Source: Phormidium sp. (GTDB taxonomy: Bacteria > Cyanobacteriota > Cyanobacteriia > Cyanobacteriales > Aerosakkonemataceae). Taken from it: a DNA stretch of 64,000 nucleotides. Position 1 is the stretch's first letter; each line of letters begins with the position of its first letter. Position numbers and translations under genes: made by a program. This document shows positions 19,130 to 28,354 of this stretch, piece after piece. Where the stretch lies: contig CP143273.1 in the NCBI GenBank assembly GCA_051013385.1, positions 1,216,001-1,280,000 of the forward strand, written 5' to 3'. The notes beneath the pieces were generated by a model, which worked only from the letters and a program-made list of their open reading frames with translations, searched no databases and had not been told where the DNA came from.

Positions 19130-19915
19130 TTAATTCATTCTACTTGCAGTTGCAATATCAGCACGGATTAGCTGATAAATTGGACTAGAGAACGGCTGAA
19201 AATCATTAGGCCAAGGTGCAGTCATATTGCACAATAAACGAAACTGTAGTGGCGTTGGTGCTGGATTAACTCGCTCTACATGGACTTGAACAAGTTCTGG
19301 ATTTTGTCCGATAAAATTGAAGGCATCATCTACCAAATAACGAGGACAATAACCCACAGGGTGTAAATCACCTATAAAAGATTCGTCTGTACGTAACATC
19401 AATGCTTTGCGATCGTAAGGATTTTGAAAATCATGAACTAAAAGCAATGGTTCATTTTTCTGAAGGTTGTTGATTCTATCGAGCGATCCTGGTGGTAAAT
19501 GTCGCAATCCCCGGACAAAAAAGTGAACGTGGTACAATCCATTTTCATCCCGTTCTGGACAGGGAAAAACCTCAAATTTATCTGTTGCTTTTTGCCCCCC
19601 ACTACGAGATAATAAGGTAATAGGATCGTCTTCATGCTCAGGTAAATTCAACAATTCCACAAAATTTTTGTAATTTGGTCTCGATCGCGACAACAACCGA
19701 TTAGAAAACAAAGGAAATAGTTCAACCGATCTGTATACTTTATTCAGGTCTGGCAATGAGTATAGTGGTTCAAATCCACACTTTTCTATAGCTTGAAGAA
19801 TACCTTTTGTATAAGCAAACTCGTACATTTCCCCATCAAATGTTAATTTGCCGATGGGAAAACAATCTCCACTGTTTGCATCTTGCCAAGCTAAAAAAAG
19901 CGTTTTCATAATCAC
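19130..19915 (-). CDS. HIRAN-domain protein (partner of HipA-like kinases)
   Basis: TLFLAWQD...PIGKL, LFPLFSNRL..SRP, HFFVRGLRH, NPYD, VGYCPRYL. Confidence 0.8.
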   Translation of the reverse strand: MIMKTLFLAWQDANSGDCFPIGKLTFDGEMYEFAYTKGILQAIEKCGFEPLYSLPDLNKVYRSVELFPLFSNRLLSRSRPNYKNFVELLNLPEHEDDPITLLSRSGGQKATDKFEVFPCPERDENGLYHVHFFVRGLRHLPPGSLDRINNLQKNEPLLLVHDFQNPYDRKALMLRTDESFIGDLHPVGYCPRYLVDDAFNFIGQNPELVQVHVERVNPAPTPLQFRLLCNMTAPWPNDFQPFSSPIYQLIRADIATASRMN

Positions 19916-20208
19916 TGTATAATATGCAGATTTAGTAACCTGCTTTGATTTAACTCAAGGACTAAAGATCGTGAAATAATTCCACGCTTACCGTTATATG
20001 TTGCCAGATCGTACTCTGCATGAGGTAGCCTAAGAAAAGTACATAACTCTGATGCTATCTTCTCTGCCCAATCTTCTCCTGTATTCGGTGTAGCTTCTTT
20101 ATAAAGGAATGTCTGATCCTGAAACCAGAACTTGTTTTTGCTTCCTATTGTTTCATCGTATTCAGGTGCATCTAGTGGAACTTTAATTACCGGAAAACCC
20201 GATCCCAT
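19912..20208 (-). pseudogene. HipA-like kinase remnant with an in-frame internal deletion
   Basis: N-lobe GSKNKFWF...GEDWAEKIASEL...LPHAEYDLA joined directly to a terminal LELNQSRLLNL; no catalytic DRH-type motif; 4-bp overlap with the HIRAN ORF. Confidence 0.75.
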
Positions 20209-20322
20209 TATTTTTTACCATCCAAAACAATCATCTGAAGCGAGAATTTACTTTTGGGCAGAGTAACACAGAAAAATATTAAATCTGCGTTACTCTATAT
20301 AAACCTCTGCTACTTGGAGTGG

Positions 20323-21645
20323 TTAACTCAAGAATTCACGAGGATCGGTAACATATCCTGTGAGGGCGGAAGCTGCTGCGGTGTAAGGAGAAGCTAAGTA
20401 AATTTGGGCTTCTTTATTACCCATTCTTCCGGGGAAGTTACGATTAGTTGTAGAAACGCAAATTTCCGGTTCATTTAAGCGCCCAAAGGTGTCTTTTGGC
20501 CCACCTAAACAAGCAGCACAAGAAGGTGCAGCTGGTTCAATACAACCCGCTTCTAAGAAGATTTCCGAAAGTGTTTGTCCGTCATATTTTTGACTGAACA
20601 AATCTTCGTAAACTTTCTGAGTTGCTGGTACTAAATAGGTGGGAACTTTGACTTTGTTACCTTTAATAATTTTGGCAGCATTGAGAAAATCAGAAGTTTT
20701 TCCACCAGTGCAAGAACCGATGTAAACTCGGTTAATTTTAACATCGCTGCATTCTTTTGCTAAGGCGCGGTTGTCGGGAGAGTGAGGTTTGGCGACGACG
20801 GGTTCTAATTTGCTGACATCATAGTGATGTTGGCTGTAGAATTTTGCGTCGGCATCGGTGTAAACTGGTTCAAAGGGTTTGTAGGTCCGATCGCGCAAAT
20901 ACGCAAAAGTAGTTTCATCTGCGGCGACTGTACCATTTTTTCCGCCAGCTTCGATCGCCATATTGCACAAAGTCATTCTTTCTTCCATTGACATTGCGGC
21001 AATGGTGCTGCCAGCAAATTCCATTGTGCGATAATTGGCACCAGCAACGGAAATATCACCAATTATTTGTAAAATTAGGTCTTTCGCCAATAAGTAAGGT
21101 GGCAATTCTCCATCTAAGACAAATCTCATGGTAGCTGGTACTTTAATCAAAAGTTTACCAGTTCCCATAATGAAAGCGGCATCGGTGTTACCAATACCTG
21201 TGGCAAATTGACCAAAAGCGCCAGCGTTACAGGTGTGGGAGTCTGTACCAAAGAGGACTTCGCCGGGACGGGTGTGCCCTTCTTGGGCTAGGGCAATGTG
21301 GCAAACTCCTTTATAATCGGGGTTAGCTTGGAAGTCAGAGCGATCGGTAATGTCGTAAAAGTATTTAATCTCCTGTTCTTTGGCGAAGTCCCGCAAAATG
21401 TCCACGTTGCGGTTAGCGCGTTCATCAGCGGTAAATATATAGTGGTCGGGAATTAAAACAATTTTTTCTTTGTCCCAAACTTTAGCATCTGCACCAAATT
21501 CGCGGTGAAAAACGCCGATCGTTCCCGGCCCACAAACATCATGAGTCATCAATACATCTACGTCAACCCAGATGTTTTCCCCTGGTTCTACTAGCGATCG
21601 ACGGGCGGCGCGTGCCAAAATTTTCTCAGTTAGGGTCATCCCCAT
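20323..21645 (-). CDS. leuC: 3-isopropylmalate dehydratase large subunit
   Basis: MGMTLTEKIL, GTDSHTC, GSCTGG, CAACLGG, TNRNFPGRMG. Confidence 0.96.
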   Translation of the reverse strand: MGMTLTEKILARAARRSLVEPGENIWVDVDVLMTHDVCGPGTIGVFHREFGADAKVWDKEKIVLIPDHYIFTADERANRNVDILRDFAKEQEIKYFYDITDRSDFQANPDYKGVCHIALAQEGHTRPGEVLFGTDSHTCNAGAFGQFATGIGNTDAAFIMGTGKLLIKVPATMRFVLDGELPPYLLAKDLILQIIGDISVAGANYRTMEFAGSTIAAMSMEERMTLCNMAIEAGGKNGTVAADETTFAYLRDRTYKPFEPVYTDADAKFYSQHHYDVSKLEPVVAKPHSPDNRALAKECSDVKINRVYIGSCTGGKTSDFLNAAKIIKGNKVKVPTYLVPATQKVYEDLFSQKYDGQTLSEIFLEAGCIEPAAPSCAACLGGPKDTFGRLNEPEICVSTTNRNFPGRMGNKEAQIYLASPYTAAASALTGYVTDPREFLS

Positions 21646-21823
21646 AGTTATGTTCTCCTGCAAATTGCTGCTACTTGCGCTTTTCTCTTATTAACTATGC
21701 TATCTACTGCTTCTGCTCTATAGGCTTTAATTTCAGGCAGATTTAGGATTTCATGCAATATGCGATTTTATCAGGGTGGGGCGATCGATCTCAATTGCCG
21801 ATTAAAGTTTGGGGTGTAAACTG

Positions 21824-22273
21824 ATGCCAATGCCGAAAAAACCCAGAACTGAGTGCTTAAACTGTGGGAAGCAGACAAAAAGAGCAGTTGAAAAATATTG
21901 TAGTAATAAGTGCCAACATGAGTTCGAGTATAAGCTTTATATAGAATCCTGGCTTGCGGGACAAAAAAGCGGCGTAAGTATCAAATACGGCAATATATCT
22001 AAACGAGTCAGACGGTTTTTAATTGAAAAATACGGAGAGAAGTGTTCTTTGTGTGGTTGGTGTCAAGTGAATCCCTATACAGGTAAAATTCCAGTGGAAG
22101 TGGATCACATCGATGGAGATTGGCAAAACAACTCACCAGACAATCTTCGTCTCCTATGCCCTAACTGTCATTCTCTAACACCTACATACAAAGCACGCAA
22201 TAAAGGAAAAGGTAGAAATTGGCGGCGTGAAACTCCTGCTATATCCCGACTTCCGCGAGAAAATTCAATTTGA
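21824..22273 (+). CDS. HNH endonuclease with an N-terminal zinc finger
   Basis: CLNC...YCSNKC, CSLC, EVDHIDG..NNSPDNLRLLCPNCH. Confidence 0.9.
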   Translation: MPMPKKPRTECLNCGKQTKRAVEKYCSNKCQHEFEYKLYIESWLAGQKSGVSIKYGNISKRVRRFLIEKYGEKCSLCGWCQVNPYTGKIPVEVDHIDGDWQNNSPDNLRLLCPNCHSLTPTYKARNKGKGRNWRRETPAISRLPRENSI

Positions 22274-22334
22274 TGCAAAAAATCCTTGTTGCTCTGGAGA
22301 AAGTGTGTTATACTTACATATTGTGTGAATATTT

Positions 22335-22406
22335 GCTGGTGTAGCTCAGTGGTAGAGCAGCTGATTTGTAATCAGCCGGTCGCAGGTTCAAATCCCGTCA
22401 CCAGCT
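22335..22406 (+). tRNA. trnT: tRNA-Thr (anticodon UGU)
   Basis: Cloverleaf GCTGGTG/CACCAGC; anticodon arm GCTGA-TTTGTAA-TCAGC; T loop TTCAAAT; CCA not encoded; TATACT box upstream. Confidence 0.96.
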
Positions 22407-22636
22407 TACTTTGTATGCCTTTAATTTAAAAGGTAGACAAGTCATCGTGCCATCTACCTGTTTCTCTCAGGGTTATCTCAAGTGTACTCAGAATTACCCT
22501 ACATTGGGTAGGTATGGGTTGCTGATTGACTTGATAAAACTTATAAATATTAGCCATGAGATAAAAATATAGGTTAAAATTTAATTAAATTAAATTGCTT
22601 TTTCACCTGACTTGTATAATCATACTGTCGGATAAT

Positions 22637-25594
22637 ATGAATGTTTCCAGTTCATCGGTTCAGAATTATCATTTTTTAACTTCAACTCTACTGAGTCATC
22701 CACTAGTTGTTGATTGTGCAGTTTTGCCCAGAAGGACTGCTTGTGCTCAAGAGTCGATCGCTTACATAGTAACTTCGAGTTCTCTGTCTTCTGAAGTTCT
22801 ACACAATTATATTCAAAGTACTTTAGTTGGAACTACTTTGCCACCGATTAGTTTTGTTTTTGTGTCTCATTTGCCCCTTACAGATGATGGTGCTTTAGAT
22901 GAGCAGAAACTATTAGAACTGGAGGTCATTGATTCTGAAGTAGTAGAGCAGCCCCAGACTTTATTACAAGCTATTCCTGTTAGTGAGGCGATCGCACTTA
23001 TTTCATCTAATCAGCAGTTAACATACCGGGAGCTAAATCAGCGGGCTAATCAACTAGCTCATTATCTCCAAGCTTTGGGCGTAAAGCCAGAAACACTGGT
23101 GGGGATTTACATGAATCGCTCAGTCGATCCGATCGTCGGGATTTTAGGAATTCTTAAAGCAGGGGCAGCTTATGTGCCGCTCGATCCCGGTTATCCGAGA
23201 GAGCGTCTTTCCTTCATTTTAGAAGATACTCGCACCCAAATTGTCATTACTCATAGTTCATTAATATCAAACCTACCAACCAATCTTACTCACATCATTT
23301 GTGTAGATACTATTAGGGAAGTTCTGGAACTAGAAAGTACCAAAAACCCTGAGAATCAGGCGATGCCTGAAAATCTAGCATACGTGATGTACACATCTGG
23401 TTCCACCGCCAAGCCCAAAGGGGTGGCAATGTCGCATGGCAGTATTGCTCATTACATTAAATCTCTTAATCAGACTCTCAAGATTCAAGCCAGCGATACA
23501 TATTTACATACCGCCTCCTTCTCATTTTCCTCTTCGGTTCGGCAATTGATGTTGCCCTTAACCCAAGGCAGCAAAATTGTGCTGGCAAGCAAAGAACAAA
23601 CCCAAAATCCCCTGAGTTTATTAGAACTGATTCAACAGCAGCAGGTTACAGTTTTTGATACCGTTCAGTCTGTGTGGCGATATACACTGAAACTTTTGAA
23701 AGAGCTAGAGCCTGCTTCTGCTCAGGCACTCGCGCCATCTAGTTTAAGAAAAGTCATTTTTTCCGGGGGGCTTTTACCCTGCCTGCTCTATCAAGAAGTT
23801 CGTCAGTTATTGGGGACTGAGGTTAACATTTTCAACATCTATGGTCAAACTGAATCGATAGGAGTGTCTGTTTTTCCGATTCCTGCCACCTTCGATAAAC
23901 GTGATGGCTATGTACCAGTTGGTCATCCTTTAGCCGATGTGCAAGTTTTAGTTTTAGATGAAGAGCTACAACCAGTTGCTGCGGGCCAGAAGGGGGAACT
24001 GTGCATCATTAGTTCGGGGTTAGCAAGGGGGTACTTTAACCTTGCCGAGCTAACTGCAAAGAGGTTTATTGATTATTCATTGCCCGATCGAACTAGAGTT
24101 CGATTGTACCGGAGTGGAGATGTGGCTCGACTTCTGAGCGATGGAATTATAGAAGTTTTGGGGCGCACAGACTATCAGGTTAAGATTCGCGAGATGCGGG
24201 TTGAACTTGAAGAAATAGAAGCGGTTTTAGAGCAACATCCTCTAGTTCGACAAGCGGTTGTTACAGCTATAGATGATGCCAACGACGGTAAAAGGTTGGT
24301 TGCATACATAGTTACAAACCAGTCAGACTCTCAACAAGTAGAGGTGAATCACGTACTGCGGGAATTTCTCAAGACAAAGCTGCCGGAATATATGCTTCCT
24401 TCTGCCATCTTAACGTTAGAGAAATTGCCCCTTACCCCTAATGGCAAGCTCGATCGCAAAGCTTTACCCACTACCCTGGAGCTAGTGCAACAAGATTTAG
24501 CAGTAGGGTATCTACCTCCGCGCAACGATGTAGAACGAGAGTTAGCAGAAATTTGGCAAAAAGTTTTAGGCGTTCCCCAAGTTGGGATTCAAGATGACTT
24601 TTTTGAGTTAGGCGGAAACTCTTTTACCGCAGTATCAATTTTTGGGCAAATTGAAAGTAAGTTTGGGAAGCAATTACCATTGGGAAGCCTATTCGAGCGA
24701 TCGACCATTAAATCATTGGCAGAATTTATTCAAGAAACCACCTCCCAACTAGAAACTAATAATAATCCACGATCGTCAACCAAACAGATAGTCAAAATTC
24801 AAGAAGGCGATCCTGGCAAAACACCATTGTTTCTGGTTCATGCCTTGGGAATGAGCGTACTCTACTACCGCGACTTTGCTCGCTATTTAGGGACCGATCG
24901 ACCTGTGTATGCGATTCAACCTCTGGAAGTGGAAGATCAATCTACTGTAGATAACCTTGAAGCCCTTGCATCCTTGTATATCAAAGAAATTCAAACTATT
25001 CAACCTCAAGGGCCTTACTTACTGGGAGGACACTCATTTGGAGGGAAAGTTGCCTTTGAAATAGCGCAGCAACTTCACCAGCAGGGACAAGACATCGCGT
25101 TCCTCGCCCTATTTGATACGTATGGCCCAAATGCCATGATTCGATTACCATTGCACAAGCGCATCCTGATTCACTTAAACAATCTCAAAAGCCAGGGACC
25201 AATGTATCTAATTGAGAGGTTAGGTAGTTGGTATGGATGGATTGGTGGATTAGCGAAAACTGAATATGAAAGATGGACTTTTAGCAAAGCGCAAAAGCAA
25301 TCTGATTCTATGTCTTTTGAGATCTTAAAGCGGGGAATAGAAGATTTTCATTCGGATTTGCAAAACCGTTATACCTATCGTCCATATTCCGGTGATATTC
25401 ATCTGTTCCGCTGTACTGAACACGAGACTCTCAACTACTATGGCGTTGAATTGGATAAAGAGAAGTTAGGTTGGGATAAAGTAGCAACCGGAGGCTTAAC
25501 AATTTATGACGCTTTAGGAAAACATTTGACCATGTTTGATGAACCTTATGTTCAGTCTTTAGCAAAGAAAGTAAGAACCATTCTCTCAGATTGA
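22637..25594 (+). CDS. Stand-alone NRPS-like enzyme: degenerate N-terminal subdomain - A - PCP - TE
   Basis: YTSGSTAKPKG, YGQTE, YRSGD, NGKLDR, FFELGGNS, GHSFGG; no condensation domain. Confidence 0.92.
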   Translation: MNVSSSSVQNYHFLTSTLLSHPLVVDCAVLPRRTACAQESIAYIVTSSSLSSEVLHNYIQSTLVGTTLPPISFVFVSHLPLTDDGALDEQKLLELEVIDSEVVEQPQTLLQAIPVSEAIALISSNQQLTYRELNQRANQLAHYLQALGVKPETLVGIYMNRSVDPIVGILGILKAGAAYVPLDPGYPRERLSFILEDTRTQIVITHSSLISNLPTNLTHIICVDTIREVLELESTKNPENQAMPENLAYVMYTSGSTAKPKGVAMSHGSIAHYIKSLNQTLKIQASDTYLHTASFSFSSSVRQLMLPLTQGSKIVLASKEQTQNPLSLLELIQQQQVTVFDTVQSVWRYTLKLLKELEPASAQALAPSSLRKVIFSGGLLPCLLYQEVRQLLGTEVNIFNIYGQTESIGVSVFPIPATFDKRDGYVPVGHPLADVQVLVLDEELQPVAAGQKGELCIISSGLARGYFNLAELTAKRFIDYSLPDRTRVRLYRSGDVARLLSDGIIEVLGRTDYQVKIREMRVELEEIEAVLEQHPLVRQAVVTAIDDANDGKRLVAYIVTNQSDSQQVEVNHVLREFLKTKLPEYMLPSAILTLEKLPLTPNGKLDRKALPTTLELVQQDLAVGYLPPRNDVERELAEIWQKVLGVPQVGIQDDFFELGGNSFTAVSIFGQIESKFGKQLPLGSLFERSTIKSLAEFIQETTSQLETNNNPRSSTKQIVKIQEGDPGKTPLFLVHALGMSVLYYRDFARYLGTDRPVYAIQPLEVEDQSTVDNLEALASLYIKEIQTIQPQGPYLLGGHSFGGKVAFEIAQQLHQQGQDIAFLALFDTYGPNAMIRLPLHKRILIHLNNLKSQGPMYLIERLGSWYGWIGGLAKTEYERWTFSKAQKQSDSMSFEILKRGIEDFHSDLQNRYTYRPYSGDIHLFRCTEHETLNYYGVELDKEKLGWDKVATGGLTIYDALGKHLTMFDEPYVQSLAKKVRTILSD

Positions 25595-25607
25595 TGGTAT
25601 TAAGGCT

Positions 25608-25673
25608 GTAGGGTGCGTCAGAGACCCAAAATTAGTAATGATCTCCAAAATTTTACTATCTGACGCACCCTAC
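25608..25673. repeat. REP-like inverted repeat GTAGGGTGCGTCAGA...TCTGACGCACCCTAC
   Basis: 15-bp perfect arms. Confidence 0.85.
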
Positions 25674-25686
25674 TCAATATAACTTG

Positions 25687-25721
25687 GAATCCCCGTGCGT
25701 TTACGCCAGGGAGGAGGTCAA
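25687..25721 (+). mobile_element. IS200/IS605-family right-end remnant
   Basis: GAATCCCCGTGCGTTTACGCCAGGGAGGAGGTCAA: imperfect hairpin ending in TCAA; no tnpA or tnpB nearby. Confidence 0.65.
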
Positions 25722-25735
25722 GAATGAGGAAATTA

Positions 25736-28321
25736 TCAGACAGTAGTAAACAGATTAGAACCGATCGCACTAGCTGATACTCCAACTAAGGAAGCTAATA
25801 GTTCACCAGTGGCAGCGATCCGAATCAGGGTATCATTTGTTTGAACACCTGTTCCTTGGGTAATTGTTAAACTTGGGAAATTTAAACCACTAGTTAAACT
25901 TAGTTTATCTTGAGCGATCGCAAAATCCAAAACCACATCATTTCCGGCACCAGATGTTAGCACAAAAATATCACTACCTGCGCCACCTGCGATCGTATCA
26001 TTACCAGCACCACCAAAAATTAAATCATCCCCCTCACAACCGCAGATGGTATCGTTACCTAAATCGCCATACAAAGTGTCATTTCCGACATTTCCGCACA
26101 ATTTATCATCATTTTGACCGCCGTGTACAATGTCGTTACCTTCTCCACCAGAAATCGTATCTTTGCCTTGATTTCCATTGAGAAAATCGTCGCCTTCAAA
26201 ACCTACTAAAACATCATCGTCAATCCCACCATAAACTGTATCATTTCCGCGATCGCCAGCCACAGTATCATTACCTAAATCACCAAAAATCAAGTCATTA
26301 TCTTGTCCACCTCTGACAAAATCATTGTCTTTCCCCGCAAAAATCGTATCATTCCCTTTGTTCCCATTAATAAAATCCTGATCTTGATTACCAAAAATTA
26401 AATCATCACCAGATCTACCAAAGATACTATCGTTACCAATTCCCCCAAACAAGATATCAAAAATATCACTTCCAAGAATCACATCATGAGGAGGATTAGT
26501 ATTAGGAATTTTTCCATTGTGGCTATTATTTACTAAATTTTCTAAGTCGTAACAGCCACAATTATAAGGTTGAGAGGTTGGGTTTTTTTCTGTATCGTTG
26601 TCGGTAATATTAACAGCAACATTAGCGAGATTTAGGTTGTAATTGCTGTCATTACTAGTCGCATTGTGACTGATATTGCTGCTATGATTTCCTTCAACTT
26701 GGGGATCATCTACCGCTGTTATTGTCACTGTTTGCGGAGTATTCCAAGTATTCGGAGTAAAGTTGAGAGAAATTGCCGTTCCTGCACCTGCACCTAAGTT
26801 AATTTGGTTGTTGCTGGGAGTGACATTTACTGTTACTGGTGCGGTTGGTTGATTTGCCAAAACTACTGTGTAATTATCAGTTGCGCCGCCTTCGGTAACA
26901 TTGGTATTTGACTTGGAAATTGTCACTCCCGCAGTGTCGTTGTCAGCAATTGTTATGGTAGGGGAATTGTTAGCAGATAAATCGTAATCGATCGCCTCAA
27001 CCAAACTAACAATTACACTTTCATTTCCCTCCACCAAACTATCATCAACAGGCGTAATTGTCACATCAACAAACGATTGACCAGCCGCAATAGTCGCCAC
27101 ACCAGTTAAACTGGGATTGTAATCATTTGAATTAGCTTGTCCGGCAACTGTATAACTGACATTCAAAGCACCAATCGAACCGCCACCACTGCGACTAATA
27201 CGGAAAGTTCCGGCATCATTTCCAGCTTCAGAAGCACTAGCATCAATTGCTTGAATGCTAATATTTGGTGTTGCTAAATTCAACCCAATTACTACAGGAT
27301 CGTGATCCGAAGAACGGTAAGGATCGACATTGTAAAAATCTGCTGGTTTAGCAGGGCCATTATTAGGCAAATTCTCTTGGTTATAATCGATTAAGGGATG
27401 TTCATCAGCGTTAATATGCCATTCGGTTGCACCAGTTACTTGGGAAGTTAAACTGCTACTGGATAAAGCGTGGTCGAGGTATCCCGCTTGACCTTGGAAG
27501 TTGAAAGAGTAAGCATTTTGACCGACGAATTGCTCGATTAAATTGGTATAGCCGTTATTTTTGATAGCAGTAATTGGGTCTTCTTTAGCGTAGGAATTCA
27601 AATCTCCGACAATCAAAAAGTCCGAGTCTCCGCTATTAGTTGGATCGGTGGCTAACCAAGCAGTTAATTCATTAGCAGCTTGCGTTCTTGCTAAATTCCA
27701 AGCGCCTTGTCCGTCGCCTTGGTCAGCATTCGGATCGCCAGCAGCAGGAGCGCTACCTTTTGATTTAAAATGGTTAACTACTGCGGTAAATTTACCCCCA
27801 GTTGCGATGTCTTGAAAAGTCTGGGCTATGGGTAGACGATGCAGACCTTGAGCGAAAGCACCTGTATTTAAAATAGCAGCATTACCCACAGGTGTAACTT
27901 TCGCAGAATTGTAGATTAAACCAACAGTAATTTCATCGGAATCAAACTGAGAAGAACTGGGTTTGATGAATGAATATGTAACCCCGTTAGGTTTAGCAGG
28001 AGAACTATTTAAACCATTAACTAAATCTTGAATGGCGCTATCATTTCCATATCCATCATTCTCTAATTCCATTAATCCGATAATATCGGCATTCATTTTG
28101 AGAATGGCATCAATTGTTTTATCACGTTGGCGGGTAAATTCTGCGGATGTACTCGCACCTCTGGCAGTGGGGAAGTTTGGGCCGTTAAAATAATTGAGTA
28201 AGTTAAAAGATGCTACTTTGAGAGTTCCGCCAACATTTTCTGGCGCATTTGTCCGGGAGTTTGCGGTAAATGTGGGGGTAGCAGTTGGTTGAATGCGGTA
28301 GTTGTCGAAACCAAAACTCAA
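25736..28321 (-). CDS. C-terminal part of an ExeM/NucH-family extracellular endonuclease (EEP domain, Calx-beta, RTX repeats), in frame with 28355-33166
   Basis: VASFNLLNYFNG, VNHFKSKGS, GDLNSY, LDHAL, SSDHDPV, GGXGXD repeats. Confidence 0.88.
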   Translation of the reverse strand: MSFGFDNYRIQPTATPTFTANSRTNAPENVGGTLKVASFNLLNYFNGPNFPTARGASTSAEFTRQRDKTIDAILKMNADIIGLMELENDGYGNDSAIQDLVNGLNSSPAKPNGVTYSFIKPSSSQFDSDEITVGLIYNSAKVTPVGNAAILNTGAFAQGLHRLPIAQTFQDIATGGKFTAVVNHFKSKGSAPAAGDPNADQGDGQGAWNLARTQAANELTAWLATDPTNSGDSDFLIVGDLNSYAKEDPITAIKNNGYTNLIEQFVGQNAYSFNFQGQAGYLDHALSSSSLTSQVTGATEWHINADEHPLIDYNQENLPNNGPAKPADFYNVDPYRSSDHDPVVIGLNLATPNISIQAIDASASEAGNDAGTFRISRSGGGSIGALNVSYTVAGQANSNDYNPSLTGVATIAAGQSFVDVTITPVDDSLVEGNESVIVSLVEAIDYDLSANNSPTITIADNDTAGVTISKSNTNVTEGGATDNYTVVLANQPTAPVTVNVTPSNNQINLGAGAGTAISLNFTPNTWNTPQTVTITAVDDPQVEGNHSSNISHNATSNDSNYNLNLANVAVNITDNDTEKNPTSQPYNCGCYDLENLVNNSHNGKIPNTNPPHDVILGSDIFDILFGGIGNDSIFGRSGDDLIFGNQDQDFINGNKGNDTIFAGKDNDFVRGGQDNDLIFGDLGNDTVAGDRGNDTVYGGIDDDVLVGFEGDDFLNGNQGKDTISGGEGNDIVHGGQNDDKLCGNVGNDTLYGDLGNDTICGCEGDDLIFGGAGNDTIAGGAGSDIFVLTSGAGNDVVLDFAIAQDKLSLTSGLNFPSLTITQGTGVQTNDTLIRIAATGELLASLVGVSASAIGSNLFTTV

Positions 28322-28354
28322 GACACCTTCAACATTGGTAACTGTTTGTCCAGT

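Noticed and set aside
22407..25735. Integrative island at tRNA-Thr
   Set aside because: No integrase and no duplicated tRNA 3' end found by eye
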